A stretch of 64,000 nt of DNA from a virus (lineage: Duplodnaviria; Caudoviricetes), in the IMG/VR virus record IMGVR_UViG_3300027374_000001; one strand, written 5' to 3'. Below are positions 29,677-38,928 of the stretch, piece after piece (the first letter of the stretch is position 1; every line of letters starts with the position of its first letter). Both the position numbers and the translations under genes were made by a program. The notes beneath the pieces are model-generated. The model saw only the letters and a program-made list of their open reading frames with translations. It was not told the origin of the DNA and ran no database searches.

Positions 29677-31881
29677 GTGGTAGTTCAACAACAACCACAA
29701 ATGCAATTTACAATTACCTATGATACAAATACCAAAAATCAATCATTCTTGGATATGCATTATTTCTTAAAATCAATAGGTATTCAAAATAATGCATTCT
29801 TTTTAGCTATATATGATACGGATTTAATAGGAGTAGACCCTAGAGACCCTAAGCTAAATGTAATGATGAAAAAGAAGATATTCTTAGAATGTCAACGAAA
29901 CTTTTGGTATTTTATAAGAGAAGTTGTAAGAATTCCAGATCAAGGTGGAACTGTTGGCGGTGGTGTACCGTATAAACTGCATAGAGGAAATCTAGCACTA
30001 AATTATTGTTTTGTAAATAATTTTAATCTCTTTCTAGAATTGCCTCGTCAGCACGGTAAAACGGTAAGTGCTTGTGTATGGTACTTATGGGTATTTAACT
30101 TTGGCACAACCAACTCACAGATAGCATTTATGAATAAGAAGCATGAAGATTCTAAGGATAACTTAATTCGTCTTAAGAATATTCGTGCGGCATTACCTTC
30201 TTACTTGATTATGGATTCAGCATATGGTTTTGATGGTAAAAAGCTAAAAGCTACGAATAGAGCAGAAAAGATAGCACATCCTTCCAATGGAAACCTGATA
30301 GTTGCTAAATCTAGTGCTAGAAATAAAGCTGGAGCAGACGGTTTAGGTCGTGGTTGTACCATGCCGATGCAATGGTATGATGAGTACGCATTTATTCTAT
30401 TTAATGATATTATATATGCTGCTGCAACTCCTGCATTTGTTACGGCTTCTGGCAATGCAAAGAACAATGGAGCTCCATATGGTATACTTATAACTACTAC
30501 ACCTGGAGATATGACTACGGATGAAGGGAAAGATGCTTATGCTACTAAAGAAGCAGCTACTCCTTTCCAAGAAGTATTTTACGATTATTCATATCAACAG
30601 ATGCAGGAAATACAGAACCTTAATGATAGTTCCACGTTCTTTTATGCTAGATTTACTTATAAGCAGCTCGGTTCCGGAATTGATTACTTCAAGAGAATGG
30701 TCAAGGAACTTAAGAAAAACTGGCCTAAGATTAGACGTGAGGTTCTTCTTGAGTGGTCTGTATCTTCTGATAACTCTCCATTTACAAAACAAGACCTTGA
30801 GGCTGTAAAAACTAAGATTAAGCCGCCGCTATATACTATAACTCTTAACAGAATATTCACTATGAATATTTATAAGAGGGCTCAGATTAAGAGATTTCCT
30901 CCTATCATAGGAGTCGATGTTTCTGGTGGTTATAATAAAGATTCTTCGGCTATAACAGTAATAGATTCTGAAACTACAGATGTAATTGCAACGCTAAATT
31001 GTAATTATATATCAATTCCAGATTTGGCTAAATGCATTTATGAACTTGTAGTCAAGTACATGCCAAATGCGATAGTTAATATTGAGCGAAATGGTGGTTT
31101 CGGAGCTTCCGTTATAGGCTTATTGAAGAACTCTAAGATTAAACGTAATCTCTATTATGAGATTAAAGACAGAGTTGTTGAAGACCGGATAGATCCAAAT
31201 GGTTCCGGATTTAACAAGCGTAAGATAAAAACTAAAGTATATGGATTTGACGAAACTAAAGCTTCTAGAAATCTTCTTATGGAAATTCTTAGAGACAGAA
31301 TGGATAATCATAAGAATAAATTTGCTGCAGAGATTCTTTATAATGAATTGTGCACGCTTGAAGTGAAAAAGAATGGTCGTATAGAACACACGGATAACGG
31401 GCATGATGACCAGATATTCTCATATCTAATGGCTCTCTATGTATGGTACTATGGAAAAGACCTTATGGAAAACTTCGGTATGGATAAACGTATGATACGT
31501 ACAGACACCGAGGAAGATGTAGAGATAGATTATATAGAAAATGATTCATTTGATGATATTTCCAAATATATTGAAACAGAGATTGACGGAGATATCAAAG
31601 CGTCATTGGAATATATAGAATCAGATAAGAGCATTTTATATGAGGATTTCTTGGAAAAACAAAGACAACAAGATTCTGCTGCAATACAAGCTTTCATAAG
31701 TCATCCCATTGGAAGAAAAGCATATGCTGAGAAATATCATGTTGATGAAGAGGATTTAATGACCGCAGGAACATACAAGATTCCAGATAGCATGTTCAAC
31801 GATATGTATCCAAACGATGAGCAACAAGATAAAGAAAGAGCAGCGATGCAGAAATACTTTAATAATATTGTAATAAGATGA
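29677..31881 (+). CDS. terL: terminase large subunit
   Basis: PRQHGKT Walker A, YDEYAF Walker B, ITTTP, IGVDVSGG and HDD nuclease motifs. Confidence 0.9.
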   Translation: MVVQQQPQMQFTITYDTNTKNQSFLDMHYFLKSIGIQNNAFFLAIYDTDLIGVDPRDPKLNVMMKKKIFLECQRNFWYFIREVVRIPDQGGTVGGGVPYKLHRGNLALNYCFVNNFNLFLELPRQHGKTVSACVWYLWVFNFGTTNSQIAFMNKKHEDSKDNLIRLKNIRAALPSYLIMDSAYGFDGKKLKATNRAEKIAHPSNGNLIVAKSSARNKAGADGLGRGCTMPMQWYDEYAFILFNDIIYAAATPAFVTASGNAKNNGAPYGILITTTPGDMTTDEGKDAYATKEAATPFQEVFYDYSYQQMQEIQNLNDSSTFFYARFTYKQLGSGIDYFKRMVKELKKNWPKIRREVLLEWSVSSDNSPFTKQDLEAVKTKIKPPLYTITLNRIFTMNIYKRAQIKRFPPIIGVDVSGGYNKDSSAITVIDSETTDVIATLNCNYISIPDLAKCIYELVVKYMPNAIVNIERNGGFGASVIGLLKNSKIKRNLYYEIKDRVVEDRIDPNGSGFNKRKIKTKVYGFDETKASRNLLMEILRDRMDNHKNKFAAEILYNELCTLEVKKNGRIEHTDNGHDDQIFSYLMALYVWYYGKDLMENFGMDKRMIRTDTEEDVEIDYIENDSFDDISKYIETEIDGDIKASLEYIESDKSILYEDFLEKQRQQDSAAIQAFISHPIGRKAYAEKYHVDEEDLMTAGTYKIPDSMFNDMYPNDEQQDKERAAMQKYFNNIVIR

Positions 31882-31964
31882 TCTGTATTGTCCCTACTCC
31901 TTTAAACGGAGTAGGGATTTATCCTTATCTCAACTCCTTAGTAAATAAAACAGGAGGAATCGCT

Positions 31965-32345
31965 ATGAGTGATAATAATTTTAATACTATTCTTAGGCAA
32001 TTAGATAGTGGGATAAATCCTACTCCACCGGCTAATAATAGTGCACCTAAAGTTGACTTGGATAAGCTAAAAGGATCCTATAATGCATCTTTGATTAAAA
32101 CAATGGATCCATCTGAAATAAGATTCGGTAGTAGTAGAATTTTACTTTTTGAAGCATTTATTTATTTTGATAATGGTAATATAGAAAAATATGATGAGGT
32201 TACATCTTATACGTGCAAGAGTAACTGTACTATTATCGTTAATAAGAATGGAGATTCTATGATCATTCCACACGATAAAATAAAATATATAAAAGTAAAT
32301 TTCAAAAAAGTAGAAGGAGGAGATTCTCAATCATGTCTTTTGTAA
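31965..32345 (+). CDS. hypothetical protein
   Basis: Start MSDNN after AGGAGG; upstream extension lies in a hairpin. Confidence 0.6.
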   Translation: MSDNNFNTILRQLDSGINPTPPANNSAPKVDLDKLKGSYNASLIKTMDPSEIRFGSSRILLFEAFIYFDNGNIEKYDEVTSYTCKSNCTIIVNKNGDSMIIPHDKIKYIKVNFKKVEGGDSQSCLL

Positions 32346-33118
32346 GTAACAACACTGAATATGGCATTTTATCTGATAATGAAATTAGTTCCATAATAGG
32401 AAACTTTTCTACAGATATGATATACGATATTGTAGAAACCAGATATAATAATAGATTTAGACCATACCAATTATACGTTGGAAATTTGGTTAATGCAATT
32501 GATCAAAATTTCAAATTTCAATTGTCTGCTATTCCAATGCACGCAGAGGAATTAACACAGTCTCATAATATGATACTCAGAACAATAATGGAAAAGGTTT
32601 GTTCATTGAACAATCTTTCTATTAGTCTTGATCGTAATAATCCCGAGAATGTAGATTTATATTCTTTAGTTTATTTTTTGTATGATTTCTTCATTTCAAG
32701 ATATACTCTGAATATAATAAATTTCTTCTCGAATTTTATTATCAGAGAGCAGAATGCTATTGTTGAGTCCATCAATATAGCAGAATCTAAAAAAACTAGT
32801 AATAAAGATCTCGGATCTAATTATAGTAGAAAAATGTTTAAGAATAATACTAACTTAGCATTGATACATGCTAATTTAGAAAAGGTAATAGCTAATATAT
32901 GTGGAATGGATATAGATATGGAAACATTTATATATGTATCAACTTTTGATTCAAATATAACTAAGCTATTATGCAGCTATACCAAAGAGGTAATAAGCGT
33001 ATTTCAATCTCAATTTGTTCCATGTGTTAAGGACCCGATATGCGGTCCGGTTATCTTAACCATGATAAGGTTAAGATTGCAAGAATTATCAGCAGATTTA
33101 ATTCCAGCTACAATTTAA
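32333..33118 (+). CDS. hypothetical protein
   Basis: ORF, GGAGGAG RBS. Confidence 0.7.
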   Translation: MSFVSNNTEYGILSDNEISSIIGNFSTDMIYDIVETRYNNRFRPYQLYVGNLVNAIDQNFKFQLSAIPMHAEELTQSHNMILRTIMEKVCSLNNLSISLDRNNPENVDLYSLVYFLYDFFISRYTLNIINFFSNFIIREQNAIVESINIAESKKTSNKDLGSNYSRKMFKNNTNLALIHANLEKVIANICGMDIDMETFIYVSTFDSNITKLLCSYTKEVISVFQSQFVPCVKDPICGPVILTMIRLRLQELSADLIPATI

Positions 33119-33140
33119 TATTTATAGGAGGACACTAAAA

Positions 33141-34415
33141 ATGAATGTAAACAAAAATTATGATGAGTTATTAGAACGTGCAGATGAATTAGGAAAATTA
33201 ATAGGAGAAAACGAAGATCTAACAGATGCTGAAGTTGATAGGCTTGCCGAGATACTGGATCAAGATAGAGATCCTACACAGGATTTACCTTCAAATAATG
33301 GAGTATTAGAAAATACTTCTAGTAAAAATGAAATTAAATCTGAAAAAGTGGTAGGAACAATAACCGGTTCTGGTGGGGTACATACTATTCCATTGGCACA
33401 AGCCCCAAATGTTGTAACAGAAGAAAGTGTTGATAATCTTATAAATATGAAAGAAGAGGACATCAGTAAATTAGACATACAGAGGGAATTCTTAGATGAA
33501 TATGTTTCTACTAGTTTTCCCGATCTGAAATTGTCCGAATCTGATGTAAACACACTGCAACTCGCGGTAAATAGATATAAGAGCGGAGAAAAATTCCAAT
33601 ATTTTAAGTCATTGCCCCAGGCAATTCAGACGCAGATATCCAGAGTAGCCAATGAAGGCGGAATGCAACGTCAGGCTTCGCTGTCTATCATGAATGCCAT
33701 GAAGAATAATCTTGCTAAAGACCTATTCGATGTAATTATATCAAATAACTATCAAAAGACGGTATTTAGAGATCTCTCTACTTTTACAAACCAAGAGTTG
33801 GATAAGATTTCTAAAGATCATGAAGAAAGTCTTAAAGAATTTGAAAATATGCATCAGCATAAATACGAAGTAGAAATGATTGAAATGGCAGACAAGTTAG
33901 AACAAGAGCATCCAGATGATGAAGAGGCATTGGAAAAAGCTATGATGCTTAGACTGTGCTCTCATGCTTTTATCCAAGCTTATACTTATGAAGAAATGTA
34001 CCAAGCATATGCTGCCGGAAAAATCAAGATCAAACCTATAATGATAGATAAATTTAAAAAGACTTGCTCCGACTTTAACCAGAAATACTACAAGTCTAAT
34101 TTTACTATCAGAGATATAGGTACTACTATCCCAGTATTAGATAAGATCCTTCCAGAGAAATATAATATAGTTTCTATTCAGAAATTTATAGCTGCTTTCA
34201 TTTCTTATACAAGACTTTATACACCATCTAATATTGCGCAACATGTGTTTATGTATTTCTTCATACAAAACATTCTGTTACTGCAAACGACCATTGGAAA
34301 TCAGGATTTTAACGATAAAGTAAAGGAAAATATTTGTAAATTCCTTGATCTTATTATCCAAAAGGATGAAGAGAAATTAAAAGAAAGGAACGGCAAAAAG
34401 AATGGGAAAAAATAG
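33141..34415 (+). CDS. hypothetical helical protein
   Basis: ORF, AGGAGG RBS. Confidence 0.7.
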   Translation: MNVNKNYDELLERADELGKLIGENEDLTDAEVDRLAEILDQDRDPTQDLPSNNGVLENTSSKNEIKSEKVVGTITGSGGVHTIPLAQAPNVVTEESVDNLINMKEEDISKLDIQREFLDEYVSTSFPDLKLSESDVNTLQLAVNRYKSGEKFQYFKSLPQAIQTQISRVANEGGMQRQASLSIMNAMKNNLAKDLFDVIISNNYQKTVFRDLSTFTNQELDKISKDHEESLKEFENMHQHKYEVEMIEMADKLEQEHPDDEEALEKAMMLRLCSHAFIQAYTYEEMYQAYAAGKIKIKPIMIDKFKKTCSDFNQKYYKSNFTIRDIGTTIPVLDKILPEKYNIVSIQKFIAAFISYTRLYTPSNIAQHVFMYFFIQNILLLQTTIGNQDFNDKVKENICKFLDLIIQKDEEKLKERNGKKNGKK

Positions 34416-35025
34416 TCATTGGCATCCTGAAATAGGAACAATAGAACCACTACCAAAAGCAAAGAGCTATAAGCTATTGCCATGTGTAGAAATATGTATG
34501 GATGATGGAAGCACTTATATAACTAGAGTTGGAGAAATGGTTTCTATACAATTCATAGAGAATGATCAACGGGTAGTGGTACGTAGAGGACGAGTGATGG
34601 ACATCAAAGTTGCTAATATCAAGAAATTAAGCAGCGCAGAAGACAATGTGTCCAATATTGTCCTTGACTGTTCTGAAAAGTTTTCTGAAGATATCATTGA
34701 TATAAAAATGATAGACATTCTTCAAATAAGACATTTTAACCATAATTTTGAGGATTTGCCAGAAGTAGGAGAGTTAACTCCAGGATGCATAGAAGGCCCA
34801 CATTATCCAGTAAGAGAAAGAGGTCTTATATATGAAGACCAACTCACAGAAGAGCAGAATGCATTTAACAATCATATCACTAAGCCAAGAAAAGACACGG
34901 TTAATAAGCCAAATCCCATAACCGGTGAGTTTAATGATTTAGCTACTATGAATGCTGGGCGTCCACCATTGGGCGAACTTACTAAGAAGACGCCTTTAAA
35001 ATCAAGAGGAATACCGATAAGATAA
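34402..35025 (+). CDS. hypothetical protein
   Basis: ORF overlapping the upstream stop; followed by hairpin. Confidence 0.65.
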   Translation: MGKNSHWHPEIGTIEPLPKAKSYKLLPCVEICMDDGSTYITRVGEMVSIQFIENDQRVVVRRGRVMDIKVANIKKLSSAEDNVSNIVLDCSEKFSEDIIDIKMIDILQIRHFNHNFEDLPEVGELTPGCIEGPHYPVRERGLIYEDQLTEEQNAFNNHITKPRKDTVNKPNPITGEFNDLATMNAGRPPLGELTKKTPLKSRGIPIR

Positions 35026-35106
35026 TCTTTCCGGATAGGGCTTGGGTCCTATCCGGGTGTTTTTATCGCCAAAACATTCATGTAATTTTACTATGAAGGG
35101 AGTTAC

Positions 35107-35862
35107 ATGAACATGCTACCATCCTATTTTAAGAAAAAAGACAATTCATTAGTATATAGCGGAAACGGAGAAGTGCTATTATACATACCAGAAAAATGGT
35201 TTGATATGAGATTTGCTATTGTAAACGGTGAATATATAGATACTATGGGTATATTATTATACTCACAAATATCATCAAGCAAATCAGACCCAACAAAAAA
35301 TATTAGGCAATTAAAATTACCTACAAAGTTTACTACTAGACCTGGCAAAATAGAAAAAGTAAAGGGATTATTGCTGGAAGGCCAAGAAAAAATGGATTAT
35401 AGAATTCTTCACTATTCTGATAATAATGAAGATAAATTTATGAGTTCTTTGCTATTGGCTAAAGATATAGAAAATGTAGAAGAGTTCTATAGAATGTTTG
35501 TCAAAACTGGAAATATACCTACCTTTATACCATATAACGAAATACAAGAATATTTTTATGAATCTATGAGATTAAATGGTGGAAACTATAAAACCAATTG
35601 GCAATTATTTGGATTATTGATATCAGAATTATGTAGAGATAAAGATGATATCTCTACCCCATATTATGCATCATCCAAATTTAAAAAAGGAGATATGAAT
35701 GGATATGTTTCAATACCAATAAGAGATGTCCCTAAATACATATCCCCATTCAGTGCAATTTTAAGTGAGAATTGGAATGAAGCCATTGTAGCAGCAATAA
35801 ATATGGGGGATTCCAAAGAAGATGTTTATAATCCAATGGAAAAAATAATGATGGGCCATTAA
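35107..35862 (+). CDS. hypothetical late (probable virion) protein
   Basis: Late promoter motif; adjacent to tail genes. Confidence 0.55.
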   Translation: MNMLPSYFKKKDNSLVYSGNGEVLLYIPEKWFDMRFAIVNGEYIDTMGILLYSQISSSKSDPTKNIRQLKLPTKFTTRPGKIEKVKGLLLEGQEKMDYRILHYSDNNEDKFMSSLLLAKDIENVEEFYRMFVKTGNIPTFIPYNEIQEYFYESMRLNGGNYKTNWQLFGLLISELCRDKDDISTPYYASSKFKKGDMNGYVSIPIRDVPKYISPFSAILSENWNEAIVAAINMGDSKEDVYNPMEKIMMGH

Positions 35863-35893
35863 TTCATAGAGTCCCCCGATACGAGGTTCAGGT

Positions 35894-35905
35894 AACATAT
35901 TGGTA
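35894..35905 (+). promoter_or_regulatory. late-type promoter upstream of tail sheath
   Basis: AACATATTGGTAA. Confidence 0.65.
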
Positions 35906-35976
35906 AATTACATTTATTAACTTTGAATGTAAATTTTGAATTATTATTTGAAATAAATAAAGGAGGATATAATAAG

Positions 35977-37962
35977 ATGGCAGTTTTGAATAGTAAAAAC
36001 CGTCCGGGTACTTTTATTCACTTATATGATCGTACCTTCATCGACACAACAGTAGAAGACAGACTGCAAAGTCCGTTGTTTTTCCAGCTGTTTAGTTCGG
36101 ATAAAGGCCCAGAAAATCTTAGAAGAGTTCGCGGCACAGATTTCTTTAAACTGTATGGGAATGCACCATCATATAAGAAACATGGTCAGCCATTGATTCA
36201 GGCAGCAAGCATTATTAAAGCCGGTGGTGAGCTTCTCTGTAAAAGAGTAGTGGCAGACGATGCGTATCTTGCTAACCTGGTTATACTCGCAAAGGTATCC
36301 AGTGAACAAGTCCAGAAGGTAGATTCCGCTGGAAAACCGTTGTTTATCGACAAGGTAACTGGTCAGGAAACTACGGATTCTAATAATGCTACAAACGAGA
36401 GAGCAATGATGAATACAGCTAAGATTCTCTATGACGCTGTTTCTATCAAAGGTATTAAGACTCTCGAAGAGGCTCGTACCTATGCAGAACGTCTTGTAAA
36501 AGATGAGCTTGAGTACGGTGATGAAATTGATTATGAGCATGTAACTAAGGTAGGAGACCCGCTTACCGATGAGAACCCGGTTGGGCAGGTTCCGGATACT
36601 GAAGATCCTGACATTCACCGTTACATATATCCATTATGGATTGTAACCGATATTGGTAGAGGCGTATCTTCTAAGAGATTTAGCATCAAACCGGATTATA
36701 TAATTAGTAAGAACATGAATATGCAGATGTATAAATTCAATTACATCGGCGAGGTAAAAGAAGAAGATGAATACGTATGGTTCAACTTCAATGAGGACTC
36801 CATGTATCTCGGAGAAAGTAGATCCATTACAGAGAGTGCTAAAAAGTTCCTTCAAATAAAGGCTGCAGCATTTGATGATTCTACTAACCTGTTTATATCA
36901 CGTCTTGCTGATATTACCGGTATAGCAGAGGAAGAACTTCGTACAATCGACCCGATTTTCGGTAAGAATCGTAAAGGCGAATCTTTGCAGCAAATTAGCA
37001 TAGACGAAAACGGGTACGACCTCAGTTCTGAACTCGGAATGATGATTCAGGAAGGAGATAATGGTTCGTTTGGCGACATGCCTATCAAGCATCCGGACCT
37101 CTTGGCTGAGCAGATGTGCGCTGTGGTAGACGGAGACTTCGACAACAGTATTACTGATGTGGACAGATATCAAATCGACGCAATTACTGACGCAAACTAT
37201 CCGTTTGCTGTTAAAGAAGCATTAACTAAGCTTGTCGATTGGCGTCAAGATACCTTATACCTGAGAGATTATGGTCTTGGGCTTTCAAGCTATGATGCTA
37301 TTATGTTTGCTAGATCAGATCATGAACGAAGTGTATTCTGTGCAGATTATCCACAGAGCTGCGATATCATTGACTACTGGACAAAGAAGCAGATTACTGT
37401 TACTTTGCCATATCTACTCTGCAGCAAATTAGTAGATCATTTGATAAATCGCAGAAATGCTCCTCTTAGTGGTATAAGGTATAATTTCACCTTCCCGGAG
37501 ATTATAGATGGAACAATATCTTATCTTCCTAAGGTTGGGCCGAATGTGGACCAGAAGGAATTGTTAAGTGATAATTCTCTGAATTACTTAAGCATCATTG
37601 GAGACGAGATCGTGCTGGAGACCCAGTATACTTCTCAAGACCTTGCAAGAACGCAGCTTGGTTATGTCAACAATATCTTTGCAATCACGCAGGTTATGCA
37701 TGACATCCGTACTGAGTGCCCGAGATACCGTTATGCATTTATTACTGATAAGGATCTTATCCAGTATAGAAATGACGTTAACAACATCATCAATCGTAGA
37801 AGCTCTAACTTTACATCCATCGTTATGGATTATGTACAGGATGATGTTATGATAGCAAATAAGATATTTGAAGCTGATGTATTTGTTGTATTTAAAGATT
37901 ATGAGCAGCAAGAGATCTTTAACTTGTATACTTTAATGGCGTCAACACTGTCTCAAAATTAA
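35977..37962 (+). CDS. tail sheath protein
   Basis: RPG..I...D N-terminus, L.CKRVV, DANYP..VK, RQD, sheath-like C-terminus; start MAVLN after AGGAGG. Confidence 0.8.
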   Translation: MAVLNSKNRPGTFIHLYDRTFIDTTVEDRLQSPLFFQLFSSDKGPENLRRVRGTDFFKLYGNAPSYKKHGQPLIQAASIIKAGGELLCKRVVADDAYLANLVILAKVSSEQVQKVDSAGKPLFIDKVTGQETTDSNNATNERAMMNTAKILYDAVSIKGIKTLEEARTYAERLVKDELEYGDEIDYEHVTKVGDPLTDENPVGQVPDTEDPDIHRYIYPLWIVTDIGRGVSSKRFSIKPDYIISKNMNMQMYKFNYIGEVKEEDEYVWFNFNEDSMYLGESRSITESAKKFLQIKAAAFDDSTNLFISRLADITGIAEEELRTIDPIFGKNRKGESLQQISIDENGYDLSSELGMMIQEGDNGSFGDMPIKHPDLLAEQMCAVVDGDFDNSITDVDRYQIDAITDANYPFAVKEALTKLVDWRQDTLYLRDYGLGLSSYDAIMFARSDHERSVFCADYPQSCDIIDYWTKKQITVTLPYLLCSKLVDHLINRRNAPLSGIRYNFTFPEIIDGTISYLPKVGPNVDQKELLSDNSLNYLSIIGDEIVLETQYTSQDLARTQLGYVNNIFAITQVMHDIRTECPRYRYAFITDKDLIQYRNDVNNIINRRSSNFTSIVMDYVQDDVMIANKIFEADVFVVFKDYEQQEIFNLYTLMASTLSQN

Positions 37963-37982
37963 TAAGAAAGGAGGAGTAATTA

Positions 37983-38882
37983 ATGGCTAAACAGGCGGTA
38001 TACACAGATTATTATGATACTTATACGTTGAATCCTCGTGCTGGTTCAGAGTTTAGTAAGATGCGTGGAGTTACTGATTTCACCAATGCTAAGCAGTTGA
38101 ACATGTATGAGTCTGGTCACTCTCTCCTGGTTATTGTAGATAAACCGGTATTTATTGAGAAATGTGCCGATAATGACGAAGAGTTTAGAAAGGTGGCAGA
38201 TGCGTTCTATAATATTCTCGAATGGGAATTTAAAGGACTTACTGGTATTGAAGATATCAGTGTAGATACACTTGAATACACTGACGGTGTTTCTACTATC
38301 AATGCTGCGGGTAAAGCTAATAAGCAATCTGCTACTGAAGTAACCATGTCGTTTACTGAGAAATCTGGATCTACTATTACTAGATTTATTAAATACTATA
38401 TTGAAGGTGTAAGAGACCCGAGAACTCAGATGAAGACGTACCACGGTCTTATTGCAAATGGTGAGTTAGCTGCTGGTTTCGAGAATGAAGTATTTAACTT
38501 GCTTTATCTCGTAACAGATAATACTGGACTCGGTCTTGAAGCTGCTTACTACCTTGCTAATGCATGGCCAAACAATGCTCGTACGTCTATCTACGAATCT
38601 GATAAGGCAACCATCGAATCTAAACAGATTGATGTCACTTTCCAGTGTTTCCCGATAGACGGTCCAGAGATTGAAAAGAGAGCACTGAAGATGCTTGCAT
38701 ACATCAACAAGACTGGTGCTGTTCAAAATGCAGCTTCTGCTAGACTTGATAATAGAACGGCTTCTCTTGTACAGGGTGTTAATACTGACCCAGAGCCGGT
38801 TGAATGGAATTCTGATTATCATCAATGGGCAGCTCTGAAAAATATCGAGTCAAGATATGGTCAGTCTTCTGAAACTAGATAA
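37983..38882 (+). CDS. tail tube protein
   Basis: Follows sheath; GIEDI, F.EKSG, DP.T, NAWP motifs. Confidence 0.7.
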   Translation: MAKQAVYTDYYDTYTLNPRAGSEFSKMRGVTDFTNAKQLNMYESGHSLLVIVDKPVFIEKCADNDEEFRKVADAFYNILEWEFKGLTGIEDISVDTLEYTDGVSTINAAGKANKQSATEVTMSFTEKSGSTITRFIKYYIEGVRDPRTQMKTYHGLIANGELAAGFENEVFNLLYLVTDNTGLGLEAAYYLANAWPNNARTSIYESDKATIESKQIDVTFQCFPIDGPEIEKRALKMLAYINKTGAVQNAASARLDNRTASLVQGVNTDPEPVEWNSDYHQWAALKNIESRYGQSSETR

Positions 38883-38896
38883 TGATAAAAAGATTG

Positions 38897-38922
38897 GAGG
38901 TACGGGCAAAGGTCCGTACCTC
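38897..38922. terminator. bidirectional terminator between tube and portal
   Basis: GAGGTACGG/CCGTACCTC stem. Confidence 0.7.
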
Positions 38923-38928
38923 TATATT